A stretch of DNA of 62,590 nt, filler included, from Chiloscyllium plagiosum (GCF_004010195.1; 6 parts of one record of this genome joined end to end with filler, not necessarily neighbours in it), one strand, 5' to 3'; numbered from the whole stretch's first letter, positions 11,156 to 24,136 are shown. A program made the numbers and translations. The notes: generated from the letters alone by a model not told the origin.

Positions 11156-13768
11156 ATTCTTCACTTCTTTCTTTCCAGCTGCAATTCACTATCTGCATAC
11201 CTCCCTCACCCGCTCCAGTACCTCCCTTTCAAGATGTGCTAGTGATTTTCAGCACTACGTTGCTGTGCGACCAATGCATAGCACAGTTAGTGATAGCTAA
11301 CAAACAAGTAGCATGCAGATGATCCTTGTTCACTTTTTTGGGTTATCCAATTTAACTCCATGGGGATTTGATCTGCTTTTTCTTCGTTGCTAGTTTTTTC
11401 TACTGGTTTGCTTGGTCAAATAGTGCCTTCAATAAACAGCTTGTTTCTCCACTCCCACAAGTTAACTGCAGAATCCATTACAAGATCTATCCTTTGTACC
11501 TGCTTTCTTCCTTATTTACCTGCTGAGTAAATTGGGGTTATGTTCTTTGGATGGAAGAATGGTGGTCTCGTTGAAACATTCAAGGTTACGGAGGGACTTG
11601 ATGCTGCCATAACCTGCTGAGTATTCCCACTATTTCTATTTTACAGCATCCACATTATTCCGCTTTTAGACATTGAGGGAGATTGTGGCTGTGCCATAAT
11701 CGACTATATAGTGAGGCTTGCTACTATGCAGCTATTGGAGTATAAAAAATTGAGGCTGCGTTATAATTGAACCACAGATAAAGGATCCCATGCAGGAGCT
11801 AATGAAAGTTAAGAGGAGTAAACTGACTGGAGAACTTGCTTAGGCCAATGCTAGGAGGAATTGGGGATTGGTGAGAGAGTGTTAGATTAAGGAAGTCAAT
11901 AGCCTTGCCGTTCCTGTAATGTAAGCGAATATATATGGATGTTCATTATATCAGATTGCCGCTAGCTGAGTGTCATATTTTGGCCCCTCATGGGCAATGA
12001 GGAGTGGACAGGATTGTGAAGTTGAAATTGAAAATCAGCCATGATCATATCTGGGAGAGACTTCTCCTGCTTCTACTTCATGTTCTTACATACTTATATC
12101 CTTCAGTGCCATTAACCACAAAATACAGGCCTGGTTTTCATATATATGCGGACAAGACACAGTTCTACTTCTTCCTTCTGTACCAGTTTCATATTTATTG
12201 CTGTGGAATTGACACCAAGTCCTGGATGATTTACAACTTGTCCAAATGAATACCAGGAAAACAAAAATGTTCATTTTCAGCCCCTGCCTTAACCTGTTCC
12301 CTTGCCACTGGTCCCTCCCTAGTTATTACCCTTGCTAATATATACTAACTATCAATATTCTGGAGGTTGCTATTGACCAGAAATTGAATTTGACGAGCCA
12401 CATACATACTGTGGCCATCAGAGCAGTTAAGAGAATTTTGAAGTGAGTACTGCACCTTTTGGCTCCTCATAGCTTGTCGATCGTGTAAAAGGCACAAGTT
12501 GAGAATTTGATGAAATACTTTCCACTTGCTTGGATAATTGCAACTCTAACAATATTTGAGGTGGTAGGTACCAATCAGAACGAAGGAGTCCACTTGATTG
12601 GCATAATCTACATCACCAACACACAATGACAGCATTGTGTACTATATACAAGATGCACTGTAGCAACTCACCAAATCTTCTTTGACAACACTGTCATAAT
12701 GTAACCTCTCTTACCCAGAAGGACAAGGGGGGTGGATGCATTGGAACATAACCACAACCTGTAAATTCCTCTCCAAGCCATGCACTATCCTGACTTGGAA
12801 CTTCATCACCGATTACTGTGGTGAACTCAACATCAAGGAACTCCCTTCCAAAAGCACAGTGATTCTGCTTGCAACAGATAGATTGCACCAGTTCAAGAGT
12901 GCAATTTGCAACACCTTTTCGAGAGGAAGGGCAACAATTCCTGACCTAACCAGCAATATTCACATCCTATAAAAGAATATCTCTTTTAAAAAATTGATCA
13001 GATTGAACTTGACCATGCACAACTTGAAACTTTTTTTCTAGTGCTGATCTTCAAAATCCTCCTCGCCACACAAACTGCCCAGTTATTTCCACAGAATTTT
13101 GGACATTCAGATCATAACTTGAGGGTGAGGTTTTTCTTAATGTATCCATATCCCATCCCCTGCCCTGCTATTAACATCCAAGCCTTAAACTACCTCCATG
13201 TTTCTGGAATTCTTAATCCTTTTCATCTTTCTAATTGTCTTTCCTGTTTATTAGATAGAGGTTCAAGTTTATAATCAAACTTGAGTCCCCCTTCCTGATT
13301 TCTCCCTCTGAGGTTTGATAACTATTGATCACATTTTCATTTTTCAAGCATCTTGGGATATATTTTACATGCAAGTTATTCAGAAATAGGCGCTGCACCT
13401 GCATAATCAGCTTGCTTGTTTTGTTCATTCAATAATTTTGCAAGATTACAATAAACAGTTTAAGATATGTTTTGTGTCTATTATGACTAGCTTCAGTTTA
13501 ATGTCGCCCATTCCCTAGTACAATGCTTCTGAAAGTTTTGCAAAATGTGTTCCTGCTGTGTTGCAGATAAATGCATCTAGTTGGTATTCTTCACTCTGTA
13601 GCAGCTGTTTTATAGAATAATATCTAATCATTTGCACAGCAGAAGATCATTTGAATTGATTTATCTAAGCTATTTTAAACAAAGAAACAAGTAGGTTCCA
13701 ATTGTGAAATAAAACCTGAATGTAAGCAAATGTTAATAAGCATTGATATGTATGCCCTTTTTAAACAG

Positions 13769-13875
13769 GTCCATCAATGCATCCCTCAGAGCTGATGGCA
13801 GAGATGCGAAATAGTGGATTTGCACTGAAACAAAATGTACTGGGAAGGAATACAACTCCAAATGACCCATCACAG
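13769..13875 (+). CDS. CIR1: CIR1 internal exon ([36 protein letters not shown])
   Basis: aacAG acceptor and GTattc donor; 107 bp (2 nt + 35 codons); phase matches both neighbouring exons. Confidence 0.95.
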
Positions 13876-15139
13876 GTATTCTATATTTATGAAGTGAATA
13901 TGAAATGATTTGGCAGAAAACCATTTTCAGGTGAATAATGAGATTAAGCAGCCCTGATCTTAAAATTTTAAACACAACTTTACTGAGGTAACAGTGGGTT
14001 TAATGGAAACCATGCTAAGTGAAATTAGTTATAATTCAGTGCTTAGACTTTTTGTGATGCAACCTTTTCTTTGCTTAGATTTTAATACTCCAAGTTTATG
14101 TGCATTTTTCTGCTTCGTGTTATAAACTAAATTATAAAATTATGAAATTGTCTGTGTTTTAGCTAATTTTCATGTTCGATTTTATAAGGACAAAAAGATG
14201 TGATTTACGAAAGCATCTAGTTGTGGGATATGTATTTTATAATATTGGTCATGAATAATCGTTTATCTGTAATTTGTGTTGTTATATTGTGAATTTCTTT
14301 TTTTCTATTTTTAATTCATCTGTGGACAGTTCTTTGTGCTGTCTTATTTAGACTACCTGTGTGGGCTTTTCTTTTCCCAGTACATCTTCCTTCATATAAT
14401 TGTGATTAAATGGTATAATTAATTTGTCACTTCCTTTTCATTTCATTTCCCTAATACTGCCAATAGCTTTAAATTATGAAGAAATAAAGGGAAGGTTTTT
14501 TTTAATCAATTCTCCTCATCTTGGTAGTTAAAGTATACTGTTGTGAGATTCCAAAGTTTGATACTGAATGTTCAGAGTCTCCATTCTGAAGTTTGACCGT
14601 TCAGCTGATTTTGGTTCATTCCATTTTGTAAAGTAGCCTTGACTATCAATGAAGCATCTATTTCTTGCATTTGAATTTGGCCCAGTTGTCTGACAGCCTC
14701 TGTCTGCTGGTGTTAAAACTAATGCATGCCAATATAGAGGAAGAAGCATGTGTCACTTGGTTATTTATCAGTGTATCATAAAATCGATGGTCCATAATGT
14801 AATTTCACTATCCGAGAGCTAGTTGAGAATCCTCCACAGTGCCTTAAATTAGATGTGACTTTCATTTTGAGAAGGCTATCATACTCAGTTCACATAGGCT
14901 CAGTGTCAGGTCTGGAAGGCAAACATTGCAGTCACACTTTCCTGTTGTTATTCTAGAGACTCAATGGCAGTGTGTCAGATAATACACAGCCCACATTATT
15001 TTACTGCAACAAGAGTGAAGATATTCAAGATTGCTATGTGAAAAAGTTTCAGATTCAACGCATGTTTTAACAGCATTGTTAATACAAGCTATTGATTGCC
15101 ACTGTGATTAGTTAGCTAATTCTGACCCTTTAGCATGAA

Positions 15140-15450
15140 GCCTATTCACAGAATCCTTACAGTGCAGAAAGAGGCTTATTCAGCCCATCAAACCGCTGAA
15201 GAGTATCCCGCTCAGTCTTAGTCCCAACCCTACCCTTATAATCCCACATTTCCCAGGGCTAATTCACGTAACTTGCACAGCTTTGGTCTGTAGGAGGAAA
15301 CCGGAGCACCTGGCGGAAACCCATGCAGACACTTTTAAGCAGTCACATGGAGAACATGCAAACTCCATGCAGTCACCCAAGACTTGATTCAAACCTGGAT
15401 CTCTGGTGATGTGAAGGCACAGGGCTAATTGCTGAATCACCATGCTGCCT
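15140..15450 (-). mobile_element. Degenerate HE1-like SINE
   Basis: ggaggaaaccggagcacctggcggaaacccatgcagacac...aaactcca core. Confidence 0.75.
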
Positions 15451-16336
15451 GCTGTTCTGGCTGGAAGAAATACTTTTCCTGTTCAGAACCATACTAGCTG
15501 CTTCACAAAGTTGCTCTGAGTGCAACTGTGACTTGCAAAGTTTTGAACATAGAATTACTTGCTCAGAGGTTGCAACTGGGATATGGAGATTACCATGCAT
15601 TTGTAAAATATTTGCCAAAAAACTGCTTTCTTGGCTTTTAGTGTTGACCTGAAGGTTGATGTGAAGCCAAGTTGTACCATGTAGTCAAGCTGGTACTTCA
15701 GCTCTGTTGATTTGAACGTGTTTCCCATATAGGGACAAGAATAGGCTATTAAACTCATCAAGGCTGTTTTGCAATTCAATTAAATTGTGGTTAGTTTTGC
15801 CCCTAATCTATGTACCCACATTATATCACTGCTACTTGATATCCTTAGCTAATAAAAATCTGTCAGTATCAGTATTTAAAAGTTCCATTGACACGAGCAT
15901 CCTCAGACTTCTGGAGAAGAGAATTCCATATTTACGTGATTTTTGGTTTCAAAAATTGCCCTGTTGTCCCAAGTTCTTTCAATAAGATTGAACATCTTGT
16001 TCTACATTCCCATGCCAGAGGAAATAGCTTTTCTGTTTATGTTCTGTTGAATACTTTTATCATTTAAAGCCTCAATTAGATTACCTGTAAAGCAAGGGAA
16101 TACAATCCCAGTTCATGCAACCTGACCTCACAAATGAACCCTTTAAATTGCAGAATTGATCTAGTAGTCCAGCACTGCACTCCCTCTGAAGCCAAGTTAT
16201 ACCCTTCCTCAAGTGATACTGTACTAAGAACTGAATGTAATATTCTAGACAGGGTCTGATTGTTTTTGTACAGTTGAAGCGTAACATTGGCCCACTGGTA
16301 TTCCGATCTCTTTGTGATAGAAGCCAACATTCTATT

Positions 16337-16763
16337 GGCACGGTGGCTCAGTGGTTAGCACTGCTGCCTCACAGCGCCAGGGTCCCGAGTTTGATTCCAG
16401 CCTTGTGCGACTGTCTGCGTGGAGTTTGTACGTTCTCCCCGTGTCTGCGTGTGTTTCCTCTGAGTATTCAGGTTTTCTCCCACGATCCAAAGATGTGCAG
16501 GTTAGGTGAATTGGCGATGCTAAATTGCCCATAGCATTCAGGGGTGTGTAGGTTTAGGTGTATTAGTCTAGGATAAATTAGTCTACTACAATCCGACCGA
16601 CTCCCACAGCTACCTGGACTACACCTCCTCCCATCCTGCCCCCTGTAAAAACGCCATCCGTAGGGGAATGGGTCTGGGTGGGTTACTCTTCGGATGGTTG
16701 GTGTGGACTTGTTGGGCCAAATGCCTGTTTCTACACTGTAGGGATTCTATGATGATTCTATGA
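16337..16763 (+). mobile_element. HE1-type SINE carrying an internal PLE fragment (16579-16659)
   Basis: Same head and core as 5117-5432, inserted in an antisense CR1 remnant; tail attctatgatgattctatga. Confidence 0.9.
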
Positions 16764-18399
16764 TTGTAGTAGCCTTTTCATTACTTTTTATATCTGTGCA
16801 CTAGCCTTTAGTCTTGTATGTGAGTGAGTAGACAAATCCTATGCTCCTCTATTGTTTCCAGTTTCTTAACATTAAACAGTTATTTTGGATTATTTCTCTT
16901 GGTCCCAAGGTCAATTACGATATTATTTTCCGTATGAAACTCCATATGCCATCACTGTATCTGCAAATTTGAATCAGTCAATGCCTGTTCACAAATTCTT
17001 ACATGATGAATTGCTTCTTCTGATTTGAATATTCAGTACTCTATAATTTTATCCTTGTAATTTCCGCCTTCGCTACTTTCTCTACTTCATATCCAAATTT
17101 CAACCCTTGAGAAACGGATACCCTCCCATTCCATGAATTTTCTGTTTGCTGATAATTCAATGTGCAGAACCTTATCAAATGCTGACATACATAGGCAATT
17201 CCATGTCTACATTGGTAATGGCCTTCTCAAAAATAATCAGCAGTTAGACAGACGTGGCTGAATCTTTATAAACGCTGCTGACTTTTCAGATTTGCACAAT
17301 TCTAGACACTCAGTCCTGATGATAGATTTCAATAATTTTCAAAACAGCTGTTGCAAAAATGACAGGCCTGCAACTACTTGTTTTTTTTTCCCTTATGGTT
17401 TAAAAATTGGTGTGACATTTCTAGTTTTCTGATTCAAAGACACAATTCCTAAATCCATTGAGATTTTCTGGCAAAGTGTATCTTGGATTTTTCGAACTGT
17501 TTCTTTTAAAACCTTAGAATGAAATCAGACAGATCCTAAGGATTTGTTAATCTTCAGTTCCATTGGCCTGAACTTTGAAGAAAACCATAGGGGTGGCAGT
17601 GTAATTACTGCACAAATCATTGAGAAAATTGAATCCACAAATCAACCAGAAAAAGGGCATCTCTTTGCCTATCCTGTCAGTTTTATGAAGGTTTTGTATT
17701 TGCATATTAAATATACATTCCACCTGCAACAGGAAGTCATGTATCTAACGATTGTTAATGATTGCCAATGCACCCCTCTAATCCTGAAAGTGAACAGTTA
17801 AAAATGTGGTGATAAACTGCTGTTTGGATATTCTAAAATTATAATATATTGGATACTATTGACTTTTTGACCATTTTTTCCAGTAATGCAGTCTTTTCCT
17901 CTCATCTTTTCCCTTTGTGAATTGATATCTTATTAATGCACTCGAATTCATTCTTCTCAATCCTTCCCTTGTTTCTTCATTTTTACCCGACAGTCTCAGT
18001 GAGAAATTTGCTTTGTTGGTGCCATTATTCATCAAGGTCCAAGATGCCCTGCTGTTCCCGTTATCTATTTCGCTTATAGTGCAAATAAAATTTGGCCTAA
18101 AGGATGAGGGAGAAATCTTTGCGATCCATGTTTGTAGTTCAGTGTTGTGCTCCAATAAATATATGCCCTTATTTTCACCTATGACCATTATTATTATATC
18201 TACATTGACTTCCTCAAGAAGGTTCTTTGTGTTTTGTCCTTCCCTTCTATTTTGAAGTTTGGTTCAAAGTATTAACATAACAATTCTGTCATAATCTTAC
18301 ATTATAAGTAGATTTCAATATAAATCTAATACCAGCCTTCTGGAACTTTGAGTCGAAATCTACTCTGGTAAACTCAGTGACTCAGAAATGAGATAACAA

Positions 18400-19086
18400 G
18401 AATCCAGAGAAAGTATATTCCTGTCAGGGTGAAAGGGAAGGCTGGTAGGCATAGGGAATGCTGGATGACTAAAGAAATTGAGGGTTTGGTTAAGAAAAAG
18501 AAGGAAGCGTATGTTGGGTATAGACAGGATAGACCGAGTGAATCCTTAGAAGAGTATAAAGAAAGTAGGAGTATACTTAAGAGGGAAATCAGGAGGGCAA
18601 AACNNNNNNNNNNNNNNNNNNNNNNNNNNNNNNNNNNNNNNNNNNNNTTAATTAATTAANNNNNNNNNNNNNNNNNNNNNNNNNNNNNNNNNNNNNNNNN
18701 NNNTTATAGAGGTTTACAAAATTATGAGGGGCATGGATAGGATAAATAGACAAAGTATTTTCCCTGGGATTGGGGAGTCCAGAACTAGGGGGCATAGGTT
18801 TAGGGTGAGGGGGAAAAGATATAAAAGAGACCTAAAGGGCAACTTTTTCCACACAGAGGGTTGTACGTGTATGGAATGAGCTGCCAGAGGATGTGGTGGA
18901 GTCTGGTACAATTGCAACATTTAAGAGGCATTTGGATGGGTATATGAATAGGAAGAGTTTGGAGGGATAAGGGCTGGGTGCTGACAGGTGGGACTAGATT
19001 GGGTTGGGATATCTGGTCGGTATGGACTGGTTGGACCAAAGAGTCTGTTTCCATGCTGTACATCTCTATGACTATGACTCTATGAC
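18400..19086 (+). mobile_element. CR1 fragments on either side of a linker gap; 3' end with (ctatga)n tail
   Basis: WMTKEIEGLVKKKKEAY before the gap; EVYKIMRGMDRI...FFPQRVVRVWNELPE-like sequence after it. Confidence 0.88.
18604..18703. other. Assembly linker N44-TTAATTAATTAA-N44 (also at 25507-25606, 33546-33645, 44199-44298, 53439-53538)
   Basis: Five identical 100-bp gaps with a central palindrome that places stop codons in all six frames. Confidence 0.97.
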
Positions 19087-20937
19087 TGCTGTCATTGTCA
19101 CAAAGCGTAAATAGTTTACTCTTTCTTCCAAGCAAACTGATCCAAACAACCTTTGTCTTAGACTTGCTGTCAGAAAGTCCATATTCAGAATGCATAGAAA
19201 TGTAAAGCTAAAGTTCCAAAATATTTAATAATTTTAAATGTCGTAGTTATAACACTCGAGGATTAATCGGAAATTCCTTTTAGAACAGCTACACAATGGG
19301 AATTAAATTCTGAGTTTCCCTATATGAAGGGAACTTCTTTGAAAATCCTGGTCATTCAAAGTTAATCATCTTTCACAGCATGTCAAATAACTACTATCTG
19401 TAAGAAACCCATTTTTGATAGGCCAATGAAATGTGTGTTTGGAGCAATGGGATGCAGTTCCCTCACAAATCTCCCTATAATATTGGAGAGCAAATATGTG
19501 GCTGTGATTAAAAAGTTCACAGTAAATTTTTAAAATGTTAATTATTTATTGGTAGGACCAAACCTCGCAAAGCACCAGTAGCACAACTAGCCCTGTCTAC
19601 CCTACGATGTCCTCCTTGCTAACATCTTGTACCAAAGTTGGGAGAGCTGTCCCACAGACTGAGTACAGTGTAGCAACTCATTGGGGTAACATGTTGAAAA
19701 TTGAGCCCATTATTCCTGGAATTCTCCCAAAAGATTTTAAAAGTATACAAAGTTCCACAATTTACCTGGCTTTCAGATCCCTATTGATATGAACCATAGA
19801 CCAGGTTTCTGTACTGAACAGGAATGTGATTTATCACAAGTATTAGACTCTAGCTACATGTAAATAGCTGGCATTTAACACGACTAAACAAAATTGTAAT
19901 CCCTTTCTCAACTCTCCCCTTGTACACACAGAAGGTAAAATAGGTTATGGACAGAATGGAACAATAGTAAAGACAAGATGCTTCCAGTGGTTGGTAAGAG
20001 ACACGGGTGACTGGTTCCCTTATAAAAAGTCTGACTTATCAGTTAAAAGTCACCGCTTACAACAATTATTGCGAAAAAGATAAACTGGTTTTTCTTCAGC
20101 TTTACAGTGAGTTTTAACTGCAGAGAACAGAGAGACCACTCCAAGCTGAAGAGGAACTGAATATCTCTCTGCCTGTCTGTTTCTGAAACATGTTCCCAGA
20201 TGCAAGCTTTAATTGATCTCAAATCCAATCTCACAATTATTAATAGGCACAATACTCTCTGTCATTGATAACAGGTCTCTAGTCCATTAACCAATCAACT
20301 TCTTACTGTCCTCAAATGCATTTGTACACCACCTTGGATCCAAATTGTCTGCAACTTGAATTTCAGTTGTTTTTACATGCCTGGCATGGCTGTCAGGTTA
20401 CTTGTTTTTCAAAGCTGAACCAACCTTTCAAAAAATGATTTTAAGATAGTGCCTTTCTTGTATCAGTCCACGGTTTTTATAAAAATAAAATGATGTGGTG
20501 CTTAAAAAAGCAACAGCCTAGCATGGACACACTGACTGAAACATATCTCACACATACTGTTCCAGACACCAGCATTATTGTCCCTGGGTATGCACTGGCA
20601 GGACAGATGCACTAAAGCTGGTGGTGAAGCAGTGGTATACAGGTGGGAGGGAGTTGCCCTGGGAGTCAAAATTGACACTAGGTCCTGTATGATCTTATAA
20701 TACAAATCAGATGTGGGCAAGCCACTCACCACCAGCACCGTCAGCTCATGATTCAGTACTCCTCTATGTTGAAAACCAATTGGCTTGGAGGGGAACTTGG
20801 AGGTGGTTGTGTTCCGGTATATTTACTGCCCTTAGCTTTCTCGATAGAATGAGCTTTATTGTCACTAATGAAATGTTTATAAGTCACACTTATATTGCCG
20901 TCTTGGATAAAAAGGTACGTAGGTACAGATTCTTCAG

Positions 20938-21275
20938 TTCTGATGGAGAAAGTGAAGTTGCATGGGGTCCAGGGTGTAGTAGTTAATGGATAGAGAACTA
21001 GCTGGGCAACAGGAGACAGAGTCGTAGCGGAAAGGAGTTTCTCAAAATGGAGAACTGTGACCAGTGGCATTCCACAGGGATCCGTGCTGGGACCACAGTT
21101 GTTTGTGAAATACATAAATGATCTGGAGGAAGATATAGGTGGTCTGATTAAGTAGTTTGCAGATGACGCTAAGATTGGTGGAGTAGCAGATAGTGAAGGG
21201 GACTGTCAGAAAATACAGCAGAATATAAATAAATTGGAGAGTTGGGCAGAGAAATGGCAGATGAAGTTCAATCCA
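20938..21275 (+). mobile_element. CR1 RT fragment
   Basis: [21 protein letters not shown]...FADDAK motifs. Confidence 0.85.
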
Positions 21276-21471
21276 GTTTTATGGACTCGGCCAGACCACT
21301 CAAAACATTCTTAAGTCGGCAACCCAGACCATAGTATTACAATTTGTTTCAGTAAGTGTACAGTGAAAATTACCTGGAGTAAGTTAGCTAGCTTGGCTAC
21401 CAGGTTTTAGCTGAAAATGTGTTGCTGGAAAAGCGCAGCAGGTCAGGCAGCATCCAGGGAACAGGAGAATC

Positions 21472-21499
21472 GACGTTTCGGGCATAAGCCCTTCTTCAG
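21472..21499 (-). ncRNA. Minimal type I hammerhead ribozyme motif (PLE family 1), intact core
   Basis: Reverse complement reads CUGAAGA-A-GGGC-UUAU-GCCC-GAA-ACGU-C. Confidence 0.75.
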
Positions 21500-21808
21500 G
21501 AATGAGGCGTCTGTTTGAGAATGTGGCTGAAGAGCTTCTGTGCAGAGGAGATGACCTGGGGGGTGCAGTGAGAGAGGGACTCACTGAAATCTTTGTAGAG
21601 GGAGGAAGAGAGCTTCTTCAAGGAAGGCATCCTTGTAAGAGGATTCGCAGTAGGATGAAATCTTTGAGGAGAAAGTGAGGTCTGCAGATGCTGGAGATCA
21701 GAGCTGAAAATGTGTTGCTGGAAAAGCGCAGCAGGTCAGGCAGCAACCAGGGAACAGGAGAATCGACGTTTTTGGCATAAGCCCTTCTTCAGGAATGAGG
21801 GCTCATTC

Positions 21809-21836
21809 CTGAAGAAGGGCTTATGCCCGAAACGTC
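21809..21836 (+). ncRNA. Minimal hammerhead ribozyme motif, intact core, sense to CIR1 pre-mRNA
   Basis: CTGAAGA-A-GGGC-TTAT-GCCC-GAA-ACGT-C. Confidence 0.75.
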
Positions 21837-24136
21837 GATTCTCCTGTTCCCTGGATGCTGCCTGACCTGCTGCGCTTTTCCAGCAACACATTTTCAGCTC
21901 TGATCTCCTACCAGGTTTTAGAACAGATAAAAATTTATTCACAAAATTACAGTGAAACACAAGAAGAACAGAATAAAGAACCCCTACAGAACTCAGTCTA
22001 TCCAAACTAGACTTAATTATGCTGTTCTGAATAGTCCCAAAAGCAAACCCCCTTAAATACAGAAAAATGAATCAAATGCTTGCAGGTTGACGTTAGAAGG
22101 GCTGAAGGAGAGAGAGTTTAGCAACCTGTTCCCACACAGCTTGTTGTTGAACTCCTAACTAGTTCTGGACTGAACTGCTCAACTAGAGAGCTGACCACTC
22201 CACTTTCATTATGCAGGTCACTTCTAAAACATGACCATTTTGGCCTATGTCTCATCTGTTTGTATATAAACAAAAGGCCTCTCGACATCCTTTTCATCTC
22301 TGTACCAAACTAGTCACCTCTGAGCCGGGAGAGTCTTATGATCCCTCTGAAAAAATCATGGACACTGTGTCCGTGAGAAAAGGAGCAACCCTTAGGAAAA
22401 TAAAAGGACCAGCTTTGTGACACCACCCCCTTTTTAAAAAAAAATGAACCATCAATATCAAAACATGGCTTCATTTTTAAAACTCTTCAAAAAAATCAGA
22501 TAGTAGTCTAAACACAGATATACACTATACTAACTATAAACATGCAAACATGCATAACTACATGCAAATTCAGGCTGTGGTGCACCCACCACCGAACGCC
22601 CTCGAGTCTCTATAATTCATCGGCAATCACGTTTTCATGACCTGCCACATGCATAATTGTCAAATTGAATGGCTGCAACAACAAATGTCAATGGGTTATG
22701 ATCCGTATATACAATTGTCTCAGATGCATTGCTTGTAATATAAACACTGAAATGTTGTGTTGCCAACACCAAGCTTAAAGTCTCTTTCTCCACCGTTGAA
22801 TACTTCCATTAATGAACGTTCGACTTCTGGAAAAATACCTGATGGGTCTTTCTATCCCCTTGTCATCCTCCTGCAGGAGCACTGCACCGACACCAACATC
22901 ACTGGCATCGATAGCAACCTTGAAAGGCTTCGGGTAATCCAGTGTGGCTAATACTGGAGCAGTGGTTAACAGTTTTTAAGCTGTCAAATACCTTTTGACT
23001 GTCCACTGAAACATCTTGTCCTTTTTTAAACAATTTCGTGAGTGGAGCAACCACATTGCCAAAGTTTGGCACAAACTTTCGGTAAAATCCACTCAATCCT
23101 AGGAACTGTAGTACTGCTTATCTCATCGGTGTGGAAAATTCCCCTTTAATTCTCGTTTTTGCATCCCCATCGGGCCATTTATCCATGTCCAATAACATGG
23201 CCCAGGAATGTGACTTGGGTTTGGCAAATTCACTTTAGCTAGGTTTACCACCAAGCCTGCCTTCCGAAGCTGATTGAACAAGTCCAAAAAATGCTGTAAA
23301 TGCTTCTTCCATAAGTGACTAAAAATCATCAGGTCATCAATGTAAACAGCGCAGAAGGTAATTCAACAATGACCTTATTAGTCTCTGAATTGTGGCTGGA
23401 GCATTTCTCATTCCAAATGGCATGACTTTGAACTGATATAGCCCATTTGGCTCTACGAAAACTGAAATTGCTCTTGCTTTCTCTGACAGAGGTACTTAGC
23501 AGTAGCTTCTGAGCAAGTTCAACTTAGAAATGTAAGTTGCTTGTCCCAATTTTTTGACAGTCCTGCAGTGGAATTGGATATGCATCAGTCTTTGTAACGG
23601 CATTGACTTTGCAATAGTCCACACATAACTGTTGAGAACTATCTGCCTTTGGCACCATGACTATGGTTGAGCTCCAGTCACTGTAACTCACTTTGATTAT
23701 GCCATCTTGGAGCATATGCTCTATCTCCTCCTGAACCTGTGCCAACTTTAGAGGGTTATGCCTATAAGGATGTTGCTAAATCGGAATAACATCTATATCT
23801 ACATCATGCATGATTAGGTTCGTACTTCCCAGTTTATTTCCGCATATCTCCCCATGTGATAGTAATAACTATTTAAGGTCAATTTGATTTTCTTGTGGAA
23901 GGAAACTCAATAATTTATCCCAATTTTTGACAACTTCCTCCTTGTCCAATTTGATTTGAGGAATGTCCGTTCTTTCTTCTGTGCTGTAATCATTAACACC
24001 TTCTCCTCTTGCTTTTCTTCCCTATCAAAATACGTTTTGAGCATATTCACATGACACACACACTGTGAGATTTCTTCCTGTCTGCAGTCCTTATCAAGTA
24101 GTTTACCTCAGTCCATTTCCTTTCAATTTGATAAGT

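Larger units (their letters stand above)
21411..21907 (-). mobile_element. Non-autonomous Penelope-like insertion with tandem and inverted terminal repeats and three hammerhead motifs
   Basis: 14-bp TSD ctaccaggttttag at 21397-21410 and 21908-21921; near-perfect palindrome 21693-21908; repeat unit shared with the GIY-YIG-bearing copies at 5815 and 42545. Confidence 0.9.
21276..24136 (-). mobile_element. Gypsy (Gmr1-like) LTR retrotransposon, 5'-truncated: integrase C-terminus, RT, RNase H, PPT, 3' LTR (about 21276-22422)
   Basis: Minus-strand peptides YQIERK..VNYLIRT..RKK..CHVNMLKTY, QLCVDYCKVNAVTKTDAYPIP, YIDDL, GFYRKFVPNF, ENVIAD; purine tract next to an LTR that starts TGTCACA at 22422. 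Confidence 0.88.

Noticed and set aside
18648..18659. TTAATTAATTAA as a regulatory motif, piggyBac site or CRISPR-like repeat
   Set aside because: It is always centred in 44+44 Ns, so it is a scaffolding linker.
19400..20500. Possible solo LTR or other old repeat
   Set aside because: I could not identify boundaries, a TSD or a second copy with confidence.
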